Shown here: piece by piece, positions 1-12,163 of the stretch
How positions within the stretch are numbered: the first letter of the stretch is position 1
Layout of the letters: the number at the start of each line of letters is the position of its first letter
Assembly (NCBI GenBank): GCA_039545335.1
Contig: BCIN01000005.1
Span: 124,001-188,000, forward strand
Source: Kondoa subrosea
Lineage: Eukaryota
Reading direction: 5' to 3'
DNA: 64,000 bases
Translations under genes and position numbers: made by a program
The notes under the pieces: generated by a model
What the model saw: the letters and a program-made list of their open reading frames with translations, nothing else
Told to the model about the DNA's origin: nothing
Database searches by the model: none

Positions 1-834
1 ACTTGAGGTGCTGTTGAGGTAGAAGCAAGAATAGGTGGTAGTGTTGGAGGAGGATATTCCTGTCTTTTGATTTTCACAAAGTGGAATAGTCTGTGTCTGA
101 GAAGAGTACTTACATATTCACTAAAGACAACTGGGAAATCAAATCGAGGTAAATCAATGTAAAGATACATTTTTGTCGATTTCTTGGTCTCGACGTTGTG
201 TATCTTCTCTATCTGACGAAAGGCGAGTTTGTCTAACCAATCCAGTCGAGGTATATCACCACTTTCGTGCTTCTTAACTAGCTGTACTTGTTCGATCAGC
301 TTGCACTCGTCATCTGGTTAACAGGCTCCAATTGACCTTCTCCAATCTGCCTAGCTCATCTGATTCTCCTGCCGCTAGAGGTACTTTGCTAGGTGTAGAA
401 GACTGAACTGCAGCATCCGCTCGTTTGTCGGGCCAAAGATAAAGCCTCTGTTTAGCTCGCTTGAGAGTACATTTCTTGCCGAAGAGCTTGAAAGTCGTTC
501 CGCCTAAAGGAACAGCTGAAGGTGAAGCAGAAGGATTAGCTTGTGGTTTATAGACGGTGAAAGTCAATTGAGCATCCAAAGGTAGATCTTTATATTTGAC
601 AGGTAAAGTCAAAGATTCGTTCCATGTGTACGAAGATTTGAAGCTTTTATGTGCCGTACGAAAGGGAATTGTCAAAGGTTTGTTGCAGCTCCAGAGTTGG
701 CAGACGGCATAAAGATCCAACAAGTCATTCGCATCGAAGTTGGGCACTTGCAAAGAACTGATTCGTAGGGAGACAGGAAAGTCTAGCTGAGCAGTGCGTG
801 CTATAGTGATGCTTGCATTGCTGTCGGCTTGCAT
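1..834 (-). CDS. VPS34: Phosphatidylinositol 3-kinase class III (Vps34), 5' part; runs off the window
   Basis: ORF 310-834 has the PI3K C2-domain pattern (PLTIPFRTAHKSFKSSYTWNESLTLPVKYKDLPLDAQLTFTVY...KRAKQRLYLWPD...DELGRLEK). After an intron it continues LVKKHESGDIPRLDWLDKLAFRQIEKIH...LYIDLPRFDFPVVFSE, typical of Vps34. Confidence 0.93.
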
Positions 835-1089
835 CGCATTGGCCTCAACTCTTGCCTAATGTCTAATATTGCCTCGTCCTGCCCTTCTCGCTTATCTCCA
901 CGCGTTTCCTCCCCTAAGATGTGCTCTTCTATGTCCAGACGGCCGGTGCTGACTTGCTTAGAGCGCTGTAGCGGTATTAAGTGATCAATCTTAAGTCCGC
1001 GTCATGGTATCAAACAAAGCAAGCTGCTTTTTGTTTCCTTCTTGTTCTTGCACAGTAACCTCATCTGCACCCCTCACTCACATCCCAAT

Positions 1090-2307
1090 ATGACAATCAC
1101 AATCTATGGAAACGTGAGCAGCTTATCAATCCTCCTTCTCGTGCTGATGTGACTTCGATTTGTCTTAGCCAATGTGAGCGGGAAGCAAGCGTTGACTGCG
1201 AGCATAGACTGAGCGCGGTATTAGGTCTACCTGCACTCAGCGTGTCATCGCAGGTGAGTTGCTCTCACTTCAGCTATGGCCTACGTATGCTTATACTTTG
1301 CATGATTCTAGTTTGCAAGGCTAAACAGCTCGACTACAAGATCTCAGGTTATTCTGGAAAAGAGGGTTTTGATTTCATCAAGGTAAGCTCATTCTTGTGC
1401 TTTACATTGGGTTCGGCTGTTGATGAGCAATTATATCAGGATCCCAAGTTCATCGAAGAGAAGCAGCCTTTCGGTCAAATGCCAGCCATTGACGAGTATG
1501 TCGCATTCGTGTTCATACTCCATGCAGTCTCCTGACAGAATCCATCTTCAGCGATGGTTTCTCAATGTTTGAATCAAGAGGTGAGCATCAATCTCAAAGC
1601 TTCCCGTCATCACCTTCAACTCATGTGTGATGCCTCTCAGCTATATGCATTTACCTAGCGACGAAGTACAAGGTTAATCTTCTCTATTCTCAGTGGTCTC
1701 ACAGGTCTGACCCAAAGTACTATCAGGACCAAGGTATCGATTTGATGCCCGCATTCGATGCTGAAGCTATGGCTGCTTTCAACCAAGGTCTGACCTTCTA
1801 CATTCTCTTCCCTATGCATCGCTCAACTTCCATCTAGGCATGTTCATTGAGGCGTTCAACTTTGACAAGCACGCTGCAGCCATTGTATACGAGATCGTTT
1901 TCAGCCGTGTGTTGTTTCTGCTGCATGTTGGAACGATGCCCTTACAATGACTTATAGCAATGTACGGCGGAAAACCTGACGAGGCTATTATCAAGAAGGA
2001 AACCGACATGCTCGATAAACGTCTCAAAGGTCTTGACATTCTTCTCGGAAAACAAAAATACATTGGTGGTAACCACTTGACTGTTGCTGATATCTTTGCT
2101 TTGTGCGTTCCGCTGCCTCATTACTTGTACTGCAGCTGATGGAGATTGTTTAGACCTTATGGTACTATGAGCGAAAACGTTGGGAAAGCTGATGGACTCA
2201 AGACCAACAAGAATGTAGCTAGATGGTGGAATGAGTTGAAGAACCTCGATTACTGGCAATACGCCGCTGCTGAAGCTAAGAAAGCTCAGGAAGCTATGAA
2301 GCACTAA
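1090..2307 (+). CDS. Glutathione S-transferase (Phi-like), about 11 exons
   Basis: Spliced model: MTITIYGNPMSTCTQRVIAVCKAK...EKQPFGQMPAIDDDGFSMFESRAICIYLATKY...KQKYIGGNHLTVADIFALPY...NVARWWNEL. Contains the GST N-terminal PFGQxP and FESRAI motifs and the C-terminal N-capping motif TVAD. Confidence 0.92.
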
Positions 2308-2548
2308 AGAAAAAGATGTAGTACATCTATTTACTTGATATAACGAAAGAGAATGCAAGACATTCTGCAACCATTCACTGCTGCATCTTCACTCTTTTGA
2401 TCGCTCTCTTGTTATTGAGCTTTGTTTGATTTTCGCAATCCAACTTTGTCTTTCCGTGTGTCTCATTTTGGCTCTCAACACATTGCTATGGAAAGCCCTA
2501 TGCACATTCATTCATTCTATAAGCTATGGACAATCACTGTATACATCC

Positions 2549-4850
2549 CTATGCAAAGACATTCATTCTATACGCGCTCAGGGCAACCGCCAGACCAGCC
2601 GCGAGAAAAGTGAACTGAGTGAAGGCAGAAGTAGCGTTCCTCAGTTTTTCACCACCGATCTGCGAATACTTGCTATAATCGACTTTTCGTGTTCTAGCCC
2701 AGAATTCGAGCCATAAACCAGGTTTAGTAGCTGTGATTTTGCCATCCATACCGTTCCTATACCAGGAAGTGCATTGAGAGAAAACGCTAGCGATTAATCG
2801 ATCTTGAATCTCCTTGTTGTATTCCTGCTCAGCCTCTTCCTTAACTTCTAAGCTACGAACGCCTTTCTTCGCTAAGGGACGAAGCAATTGTTCCACCATA
2901 GTGATCTGCATTTCCGCTGAACCAAGCGCAGAATAATTGCCTGAACCAAGGTTGGGACCAATAAGGGTGACGAAATTAGGAAAGCCTGCCATGGAAGTAC
3001 CGAAGTAGGCTTGCGGTCCACCTTTCTGGCTCCAAACTTCCGTTAGAGTCTTCCCGTGTCTGTAAATCACTCTTTAGGCGGCAAAAGAACTCAGAAATGA
3101 GGAAACCTACGCAGTCAAATCCAACGCAACCTGATCACTTGATAATTGAAAGCCCGTGGCCAGACAAATCACGTCAACTTCGTACTCCGTTCCATCAGTA
3201 CATCGTACGCCCTTTTCTGTGAATGTTTCGATCTTTTTGTTGGTCAATTCGACATTAGGTCGGTTCAGTGATTCATAGTAGCCTGGGTCGAGGATAATTC
3301 TCTTGCAACCCATAGGATATTTCGGTGTGAGCATCTCATGATATTTCCTGCTAGCTCTGTCAATAGACGGCTTAACTATAGAAAGTCTGATCTTACTCAG
3401 GCACCATCGATCTCATTCGCGCAAGCAGCCTCTTCTCTACACCTTTTCTTACGTTTGTCCCCGCAGGCGTCCAAGCGAACCAGCTCGCATCACCCTAGTC
3501 AATGACGTCAGCTTCATAATTTGATCCTTTGGGTAGGCTAACCCTAGCAATCAGCAGATTTCGATAGATCCACATCACAAGTGGAATATTGCGGAATATC
3601 CATTTTGTCCTTTCGCTGTACTTGAATTGATCTCTAGGAACATACCACGAAGGCGCTACATGAGACATTACTTAGTTAGTGCGGACTGGTGAAGCCAACG
3701 AATGCTTACTCCGCATGAAGTTGACGATCTGGATAGAAGGATCTTTGGACAAGACAGGTACAATTTGGGAGGCCGAGCAACCATTACCGATTAGAGCGAG
3801 TTTCTTGCCTTTCAAATTGACCGAATGATCGTATTGAGCAGAGTGGAAAGCAGGGCCCTTGAAGTCCTCTAAACCTTTAAGTGACTGTTTCTGGAAGTTT
3901 GGATTGGAGAGACTGCCTCGAGGTCAGATCAACTCGAATGGCTCAAATGAAGAGACAAACCCGCCAGCCGCGCTGATGAGGAAGTTCGCATAATCGGTGT
4001 ATTCCTCGTCTGGATTTTTGCTGTTGTATAAAGTGATGTTCCAGATGGACTTTTCCTCGTCCCACTGCCCATGTGTTCATAAGCGGTACCCAGCCTGATG
4101 AGGAAATGCCAAATGCCTTACCGAAGCATTCTTGAAAGTCCGATTGTACACAGTCCTTTCATGCAGGTTATTCTTATTGTAGATATTCTTCCAGTCTACT
4201 CTACAGTGGGTAGAGAACAATACTGATAGTCAAACCGCTTACATCGCTTGATTTCAGGCTGCGACGCAAACTTCGATTCCCACTCAGGGTTCAATCTGCA
4301 CTAAAAGGTCAGCACAATGCTTCATGTAGCATTAGATGACTTACTCTGTCGACAGACTGTACCACTGCGCAAAAATTAGGATAGGCCCAGGCAATATGAA
4401 AAAGAGATCTTACGTGAGAAGCGACATCCTGCGGCACAGCCGATTAGATTACGGCCTCAAGCTGAAGGTTGGACATACGCATGCACATCCCTGCAGATAT
4501 TTATGTCATTCGCAATCGCTGAGCAATGCAGTGTGAGCTCACAGGATAGGTATTGTCTCTCCAGGCTTTGTCAGTGATCAGCGCAAGCGATATCTATGAC
4601 GCATTGGCACTTACTACCTCCATCTTCCTCAGCTCTTTCGTAGATCTATACCATTCATCAGCTTTCATTATCGTTATCGAGATTTGCGACTCACAGTGAA
4701 GTTTTGTAGTCCCAGATTCTTCTTCATGCGAATAGCCATAGCAGTACCGCTCATTCCAGCGCCTGCTCGCCTCAGTCATTTTCGCTAGAATGCTCAGAGT
4801 AGAGCTCACATACCGATAATGACGACTCGTGGTTCTGATGCTTGCACCAT
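2549..4850 (-). CDS. Flavin-dependent monooxygenase, Baeyer-Villiger (BVMO)/FMO family, multi-exon
   Basis: Reconstructed N-terminus MVQASEPRVVIIGAGMSG (FAD Rossmann motif), then [22 protein letters not shown], the BVMO-type fingerprint FKGPAFHSAQYD, a second Rossmann motif ALIGNGCSASQIVP, PKYPMGCKRII, DVICLATGF and GFPNFVTLIGPN. Confidence 0.93.
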
Positions 4851-4967
4851 ATTGATCAATCGCCGTGTACAATAGAAGCAGGGAAGCGCTTGTTGCAGGA
4901 TATCAACCGTATGATATCAAAAAACGGAGACCCCAATTTCAGGCACCGAACGCGACTTATTTCACGT

Positions 4968-5919
4968 TCATCCTTCATCAAGCGTCGGCTCGGCGGCCTC
5001 AATATTGATGAGCTCACCGACGTACACTCGCTCCAACTGTCCAATATGCTCGCGTATTGCTTTGACTCTGTCGTATTGCGACAGGAAAACTGAGCAGAAT
5101 ACATTTCGAAAATTCGGCACTTTCGAGTGCTTTGACTCTGCTGTATCGAGTAGGCGCATTTCCAGTACACGCATTTCCATTCTACCTTCATCTGTAGTCT
5201 CAATCAGCCTGGTCATTTGCGTTCTGGCGAAACACCGAAAGAAATCACATGTGGTGTCGGAGCAGAACAACTTTGGATCAGCTGTGTACTGTGCTCTTTG
5301 AGTTCAAGTCTTGCGTTTGCATCACGAGTGCTTTATAGAAAGACGGACATGAGCATAAGACTGCACCGCTAGCAATACGATGATGTTCATTGGCAAGCGA
5401 CGCGCTTTGCTTTCTTAGACGTTGCAGCAAAAGCCAATGCCGATACGAGATGATGCATTTCTCCATTGCCTGATATTATAGCCCAGTTCAGCAGTTCGAC
5501 GAGGAGTTCAGTTCCGAGCACTTTATTGGGGAGGAAGGTATAGGAAAGGGAGACCACACAGCAAATACAGTGGTCAAGATAAGACGAAGAGAAGGAAATG
5601 AAAGGGACCATAGGCGAAGCAGAGAAGCAGGAGCAGGACGTCAGACTCCTTGACTGAACTCCAGAAGCCATTGCTCTGCGTAGCGAGATCTCCGGCCAGT
5701 GCACTGCAGCTGTCTCAGAACATACATACAATCACGCAATGTGTAAAGACAAGCCTTCAGAGAGTTCCGGACGAGCAGTCAGACCTTGATCCCTTGAGTA
5801 ATTTGTACGAAGCAAGTTGGAACCGTACGCCGATGCCTTTGAGCCATGTCCTTGCTTTCGAACTATGCCTAGAACATTCGGACACTGCTAGCCAGCTCTT
5901 GTAACGCACGTCCGCTCAT
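4968..5919 (-). CDS. Hypothetical spliced protein
   Basis: Coding-like last exon (TRLIETTDEGRMEMRVLEMRLLD...EPTLDEG*), with upstream GT-AG-bounded segments that include hydrophobic stretches. Start and exon structure are uncertain. Confidence 0.4.
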
Positions 5920-6480
5920 GAGATTGTGGTCAACTCGGTCGACTGCATGACTTTTCGTGAATTGGCGCATAACAGATCGGATATCACTCGTTGATGCCGT
6001 ACTCTAATTCATGATCTATGATTCTCTGTCTGTCTATCTCTGTCAGTGCGCTACGATTTTTCGTGCCTTTTCAGTTCTTTCAAGAATTTATGGTGCGAAG
6101 TCATGCAAGCTATCATCATCATCCAATGCCTATGGATTCGCCTGTCCACTCGCACTATCAATGCCTCGTACATACTAGCGGCTGTCCGTTTTGGTGCCTT
6201 GCTCTAGTATGAGCTTCTCGAACCACTATTCCCTTGTTACGATTTCAGTACCACCTGTTTATCGCTCTGCCGTGAGCTCGGCTCTGTCCTTTTGGCTCAA
6301 AGAGGAAAGAGGAAAGGGCTAACTAGATTCCAATTGTGCCCATTGGGCTGAAAGTGCTTGATGACAAGTCTGCTCAAAACCCCTTCTTCAGCTCTTTTCT
6401 CGTCTCTTCTTCTTCTCATCTGTCGCCAACCTCTCTTCTGCTTTGATCTCCACTACATTTTTCAAATACCTCATCTTCAA

Positions 6481-8490
6481 CAATGTCTCATCTCAATGCA
6501 ATCCCTCGACCGATCGAGATTCCAGCAGTCCTTCGCGATCGTCTTCCAGGAATTTATTGCTGTTTACCCTCTCTCCTCGCTGAAACTCTCGTCGAAGAGA
6601 CTGTCAACATCGTATACTCTAGGCTCGATGCGAAAACCGGTCCAGTCGCCTTCGGTTACGCTTCATCTATTCTCCTCACCTTTGCTGAGTCGGAAAAGGC
6701 TTCAACTGATCAAGTACTAGCTTACAAGAATGTGAGGCACCTCTTAGAGCAAAGTTTTGGTCGATCAAGAACTTCAAGCTTGCAGTCCTCAACCTGACAA
6801 TTCTACCTTTCGATCAGGCCTTTCTTCCCTACGCATACAGATATACCGGTTGCACCGCCCCACTGCGGTGGGAGTCGCCTGGTACAGTAGCGGAGAAAGG
6901 AGTGCTCAGACAACCTGGAAGCTGCCTTCGATTACATTCTCTTGCCTATCGTTGCAATGAGACTGACGGAAGTGCGCTTCTGGTAATGGTTGTCAACAGC
7001 AACACTGGAAGGCAGAATTGGTGTGGTTGGGAATGAAAGCTTGAAGAGACTGATCAATCAACGCTGGGCTTTCTCTTCTTCTTTTGTATACTGTGCTGAC
7101 ATTTTGCTCGTTTCCAGATATCTCATTGGTCTGCGCTTCTCTTTCGAATCAGTAAAACTACACAGAAGGATCTGCTCTTTCCCCTCCGCGATTTCGCTCA
7201 AACTTTCTATCCTTCTGTAAGCTCTTACTACTTATGCCTATAAACTGAGTCTTAATGTCTTTTGGCTCTGGCAGAAACAAGAATTCAAGCCTAAGCCAAA
7301 AAAGAGCAAGTTCGTTCGATCACGGGATGATGATTTTGAAGCAGGTCCTTCTGTCAAGAGTTCGTTTTCATTTTGTTTCAGCTCAAACAACTCTAACTCG
7401 TTTCCTCTAGAACACAAACGATCCACTCGCAATTCTTTGCCGGAGATCGACGCGCAAGCTTCTGCACATTCCAGCCAACCTTCTCAGCCTTTTCGAGACG
7501 AAGCCGTTCCTTCCCCTACAGCTACCACTCTTGATCTCGGAGAAGTTGGCGACTTGATTGCTCAAGAAGTAGCTCGGGCACTCAAAGCAGCCGAAGATGA
7601 AGAAGCCGAAGATGAAGAAGTTCTCGCCCAACTTCTTCCCTCTCGAAACCCTGTCCAACCCAAGACTGTTGCTCTCGCTCCTCTCACTACTGCCACTGCA
7701 AGTCAGAACTCGACATTGGTGGTCAATGGAAGTGCAGTGGCCGAGTGTGTGATTGGATTGGCAGGTGATTTGGCGCGTTTGATGGGAAAGGGATTGAAGG
7801 AAACTGCTACTTTGGCTTTGAAACATCCGGTACAAGTTCTTGTGTGAGTCATGTTGCTTTATATTCTTCGTGCCTTCGCTGACTGAAGTTCTATAGATTG
7901 ACTGGCGGTTGTTTNTTATTTATGCAAATCAACGACATACTTCACTGCATCAAGTTGGATTTAGAAACTCTCATGTCCAGGTTAGTCTCTCTCTTCTCTG
8001 TCTTCAATCTCTAGAGCTTAAGATGTCTTTCTAGAAATTCTAAACTTCTCCACCTTGAAGCCTTCACAACATTGCTAGCTTCCGCTATCAACAAGGCTTT
8101 CGAAACGTTGTCTTATAGCTCAATCGTAAGCTTCTCTCCCCTATCTTTCACATGAATATGAGCTTATTCCCGCTTCTTGCATACAGATAAAAGCTTTCTG
8201 GTCGAAAGTTCAACCTGAAGACATACTTCAACCCGCAAAACTGATGGAAACGACTCAAAAGACATGTTATGGCCTTTCAATGCTCTACACAACTTTCTCT
8301 TTCGGACAACGCGTGATCGCAGCCCGAAATCCAGCAAACCGACTTCAAATTGCTCGCTGAAAGAGATGATTTTGCAGCTTCTTGGGTACTGGTGTATAGT
8401 GTGGGAAAGGTATTCTCTCTGTAATGAATTGACTGATGTTTCACTTGTACATACTACATCATGTTGATAGCATTGCTATTATTTTGCCTC
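6481..8490 (+). repeat. Left arm of a ~2-kb dispersed inverted repeat
   Basis: By-eye alignment to the reverse complement of ~58490-60501. The ORF track also gives paired near-identical ORFs (6990-7220 vs 59763-59993; 7437-7847 vs 59139-59546). The 3' boundary is approximate. Confidence 0.95.
6483..8360 (+). pseudogene. Orphan gene copy A (paralog of 58624-60499), probably disrupted
   Basis: MSHLNAIPRPIEIPAV... through ...NRLQIAR* aligns with the reverse complement of copy B. It has an in-frame TAA in EVRFW*WLSTATLEG and a 1-nt deletion relative to B near 6918 (CTGGAAGCT vs CTGGAAAGCT). An N lies at 7915. Confidence 0.55.
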
Positions 8491-8636
8491 TTTCGAATAA
8501 TGTTTGCAGCGAGACAATATCAGATTTGATGACATTCATAGATATACAATGCATTTCTTTACATTACATACAAGTCTTCTATATGACCGCATACCTTGTC
8601 TGTTTCCCTTCGACGCAACAGTGCCATTCCAATTAA

Positions 8637-9811
8637 TCATGGATCCGATGAAAGCGATAAATCGATTACGACTTTAGCTTTCTTCTTTGGTCTCGATTGC
8701 TCTTCTTCTTCTTCAACCTCCTTCCCCTTTTTGGCTTGTGGAGGAGGAGTGTTGGCAATCGCTTCCATTTCTGCTGCTTCTACCTCGCGCAAGAAATCTT
8801 CATCTGCTTCGTTAAAGTCATCTTGTTCGAAGGAATGATCCATTTGATCGAAATCAATATCATCCAGTAGATCAGCGTGGTTATTAGCTGGCGGAGGAGG
8901 GGAAACAGGAGCTTGAGGCTGTACTGCTTGACGTGCAAGAGGTGGATTAGCTTGACCTTGAGTTGTCGCGTCTTCTTCTTCACCATCTTCAGCAGCTATC
9001 TCTTCAGGTTCAATTCTACAAATATCCAGTCAGCTAATACAGCCATAGAGATTGAAGTAGAGAACATACCCTAGACGCTGATTCAGATCAACTTCAAAGA
9101 TCGCTTGCCTTGCTTCGTCCAGTTCAGCTACTTGCATGCCTTTTACCGTAACGCAAGCCGGGGTAAGTAGCATAATTCCTCTGAGCGTCTTAACTTCCTT
9201 CAGCAGCAACTAGAAAGCAGATTCAATCAAAGATCAAATGAGAGACAACCTTTTGAACCGACTTTGCAACCTAAAGCTGTATCTTCCAAAGAGAGTTCCG
9301 GTATTCGTTTATACTCAATCGCCTTGAGAGTAGTGAATCCATCACTTAATTGCAATGAAAGCATAGCTCTAGGAAACTTGATCGTCTTGCCTGCTACATT
9401 CTCTCCTTCTTCCTCTAGATTTCCAACAATTCTCGTTCTTTCCGCTTGTCCACCTTTAGCTGTGATTCTATCTTCTTCTTTCCTTTGCTCATGAACATCT
9501 TTCAAAGATTGAGCTGATGAACCAATTTCAGTTATCCCAACTATTTGTACCAACACAGCTTGTCTAGTCGGTCCAATAACGGATTGTAAAGTTTCAGATA
9601 ATGACTCAGCAGGTAGAGAACCAGTATCGCATATTTCTGACAAAGAAGCAAGCAAGATTTGTTCTTCGACTTTCTTGATAGTTTGATGTGGTGTAAGAGT
9701 AGGGAAAGTAGTAGTCACATAATCACAGCAATCTGTTAGCCAGTCTGAGTTTAGATGCAAGGTTGGATAGACTGAAGAGAGCCAGCGCGACACATTGGTA
9801 GGAATAGGCAT
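8637..9811 (-). CDS. RMI1: RecQ-mediated genome instability protein 1
   Basis: N-terminal LNSDWLTDC...VEEQILLASLSE; OB-fold VLVQIVGITEIGSSA...FPRAMLSLQLSDG...AIEYKRIPELSLEDTALGCK, then after an intron LLLKEVKTLRGIMLLTPACVTVKG. Acidic C-terminal tail. Confidence 0.88.
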
Positions 9812-10157
9812 GTCATGTCGTCGCGTCAAGATGAGCTTGTGAGGCAAAGTTCGAGCACAAAGTATGGCAGCATGAATAGTGTTACATCATTTACACGTTA
9901 TGCGTGGTATACAATGCCCGAATTGGTCAATATAATTGTTCGATTGCTTGCTGAAGTAGCTGAACTCTTCCCCTTGCATTCAAGGGAGAGCTCTTGATTC
10001 TCTCGATACAGCAGAAATATGACATAGCCTGCGCAAGTACAGTCATTCAGCAGAGTGACGAAAGCTAGATCTGACAGACTGACCTAAGCTACAAACTTGA
10101 TTGTTCGACTGATGAATTTGGCCAGTACTTCGACCTCGACCACTGTTCTCCCCTCTT

Positions 10158-11049
10158 CTACGATCCAGGCGTCACAGGAACCAGATCTCCATGCTTGTTT
10201 CTTCTTGCTCGGCTGTACAACATGTTAACTCGGAGAAAGTCCTAAACATCCAAAATAACTTACAAGAAAGTATAACTCAAGACGATATCGTCCACATCCT
10301 TCATTGATGGATCATCAACAAAATCTCGATCAATAAAGAAGAAAACAGGTAAGTCGACTTCTTCCCCTGCCAGCAGTTTCTGTTCGTCGAAGCAGAAGCA
10401 TTCTACTTTAGCGAAATAGGGTGCAACCTGTGAAACAATACACCGAAATCATGAATTAGATACTCATGAGTCGGAAGATCTGCTCCACCTTGTCTGGCAT
10501 GACATTATAAGTCGCAATACCAATAATATCCTCTTTGCTCTTGTTTGTAGCCGTATAGAAAGCCAAAGCAGTTTCACCAGGTAAAACGTGAACTTCTCTT
10601 TGCGAAGGTGAGAAAGACCAAGGTAACATATCTGAACAATCTGCATTGAAACTGATTCGAATCCTTTTCCCTTCTCCATTCGTTGTAGCTATCAATCTTT
10701 CCGCTTCAAATTTCGAATTGTGAGATGCACCAGGTCCAGATGTTATTGGTACTCCACCAAAACCAGTAGCGGAACAAAAGAGTCGATAAAGTGGTACAGC
10801 TGCATAAGTTACACCTATCCCCAATACGAGTACAGAAGCAGAGTACATGAGAAGATTGCGATTTCGGGCTGAATAGGTCGCATTGCGTGCTTTTAGGTAA
10901 GCTGCTCGATTGGCCTCTGCTGTTCCAGTCGTGGCGTATGAGAATTTTGGGTAAAAGGGAGTTGAGCGTCTAAGAGCTAGAGGACTTGATGAAGGGCTTG
11001 ATAGGGTTATTGTACGCCGACACAGCGTTCGCTGAAGTGTGGCAGACAT
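10158..11049 (-). CDS. COX11: Cytochrome c oxidase copper chaperone Cox11
   Basis: Mitochondrial presequence-like N-terminus, TM segment followed by YAAVPLYRLFCSATGFGG, PGETALAFY, ATYNV; the next exon holds YFAKVECFCFDEQKL (CFCF copper motif) and LSYTFF. Confidence 0.96.
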
Positions 11050-12163
11050 GGTTGAGAGTACAAGAAAGTCAGAAATGCAGCTTGCTCTTGAACAATGTCT
11101 CGATACTCTTGGGATCATTCCGCCAGCGCACTGATGTATACCAGAGTCTGGATACCTATCTTGACTCGTCGCTCGAGGAAATAGACTATATTGTCGAGCT
11201 GTCCGCCCAATCAGCTGGACCAACGTACTTGATATGCACTTGTTTGGCTTCGCTCCGACTGTCTCTGTCTCGATCTCTGTACCGTTCACTGTATCGCACG
11301 TTGCTATGTCCTTAACGACGTTGTGTTGTCAAAGACAAGGCTCTGGCCAATTTGACGCAAATCTTGATGTCTTCCATGACTGTCCGCCTGACTGTTGCGC
11401 ACTTGCGCTGTCTCGTCTCTCAGAATGGAAAGCACATTCCGTAAAGTGTATCAATCATTATCAATCAACCGGTCGGCAGAGACATTGCAGCCAGCCAATC
11501 GGATGCACTAACCCATGGTGTCTCCTTTCCGTCCGCGTGGCAGTCTTGCGACATTGCTTTACAATGTGTCATCTTCACCTCCATGGTTATCTGTTAGTCA
11601 CTGAAGAACATCAATACGGCATGAAATATTAGTGATCTCATTTCCAAAGCGATATGATCCTGTCTTTCAAGAGCATCGCGTCATCAGATGATTGATACTG
11701 GACTTCTGATCATGACTGTACATCCGTGCCTGTACAGAAGTTGTATCTGTCGAGAAGAAGCTATCGGATATTGATGTCTCAAGAAGGGTTCATCCATGGG
11801 GCTGCGTAGGCGTGATTTTAGAGTGAACGCATTGTAGCTGCGAGCCTTGTACAGTGACAATCACTACTAGAGCAGTGATCCACGACCGCTTTGATCACTC
11901 TTGATCGCGCGATATCCGAGCACAATTAGATTTCGTCTTCCTTGCCCTTCACTCCGACCTGCCATTCGCATTATACCATCTATCTGGAAGCTATACCATT
12001 GCTTAGACTGCCTGTGATTAGGCTCGCTAATCAAGGGGAAGACAAGGTTGTGCGAACCGGGAAGCACAGGCAAGGACTCAAGAAGCAGAGCCGCCTTTTC
12101 TCTTTATTGTAACGGGAAAGCTCTCAGACAGCTCTCGCGACGTAGCAGCAAGCACGGCACGCA

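Noticed and set aside
6481..8490. The inverted arms as terminal repeats of a giant transposon
   Set aside because: The arms are intron-containing gene copies, the cargo is core housekeeping genes, and no transposase, recombinase or target-site duplication was seen.
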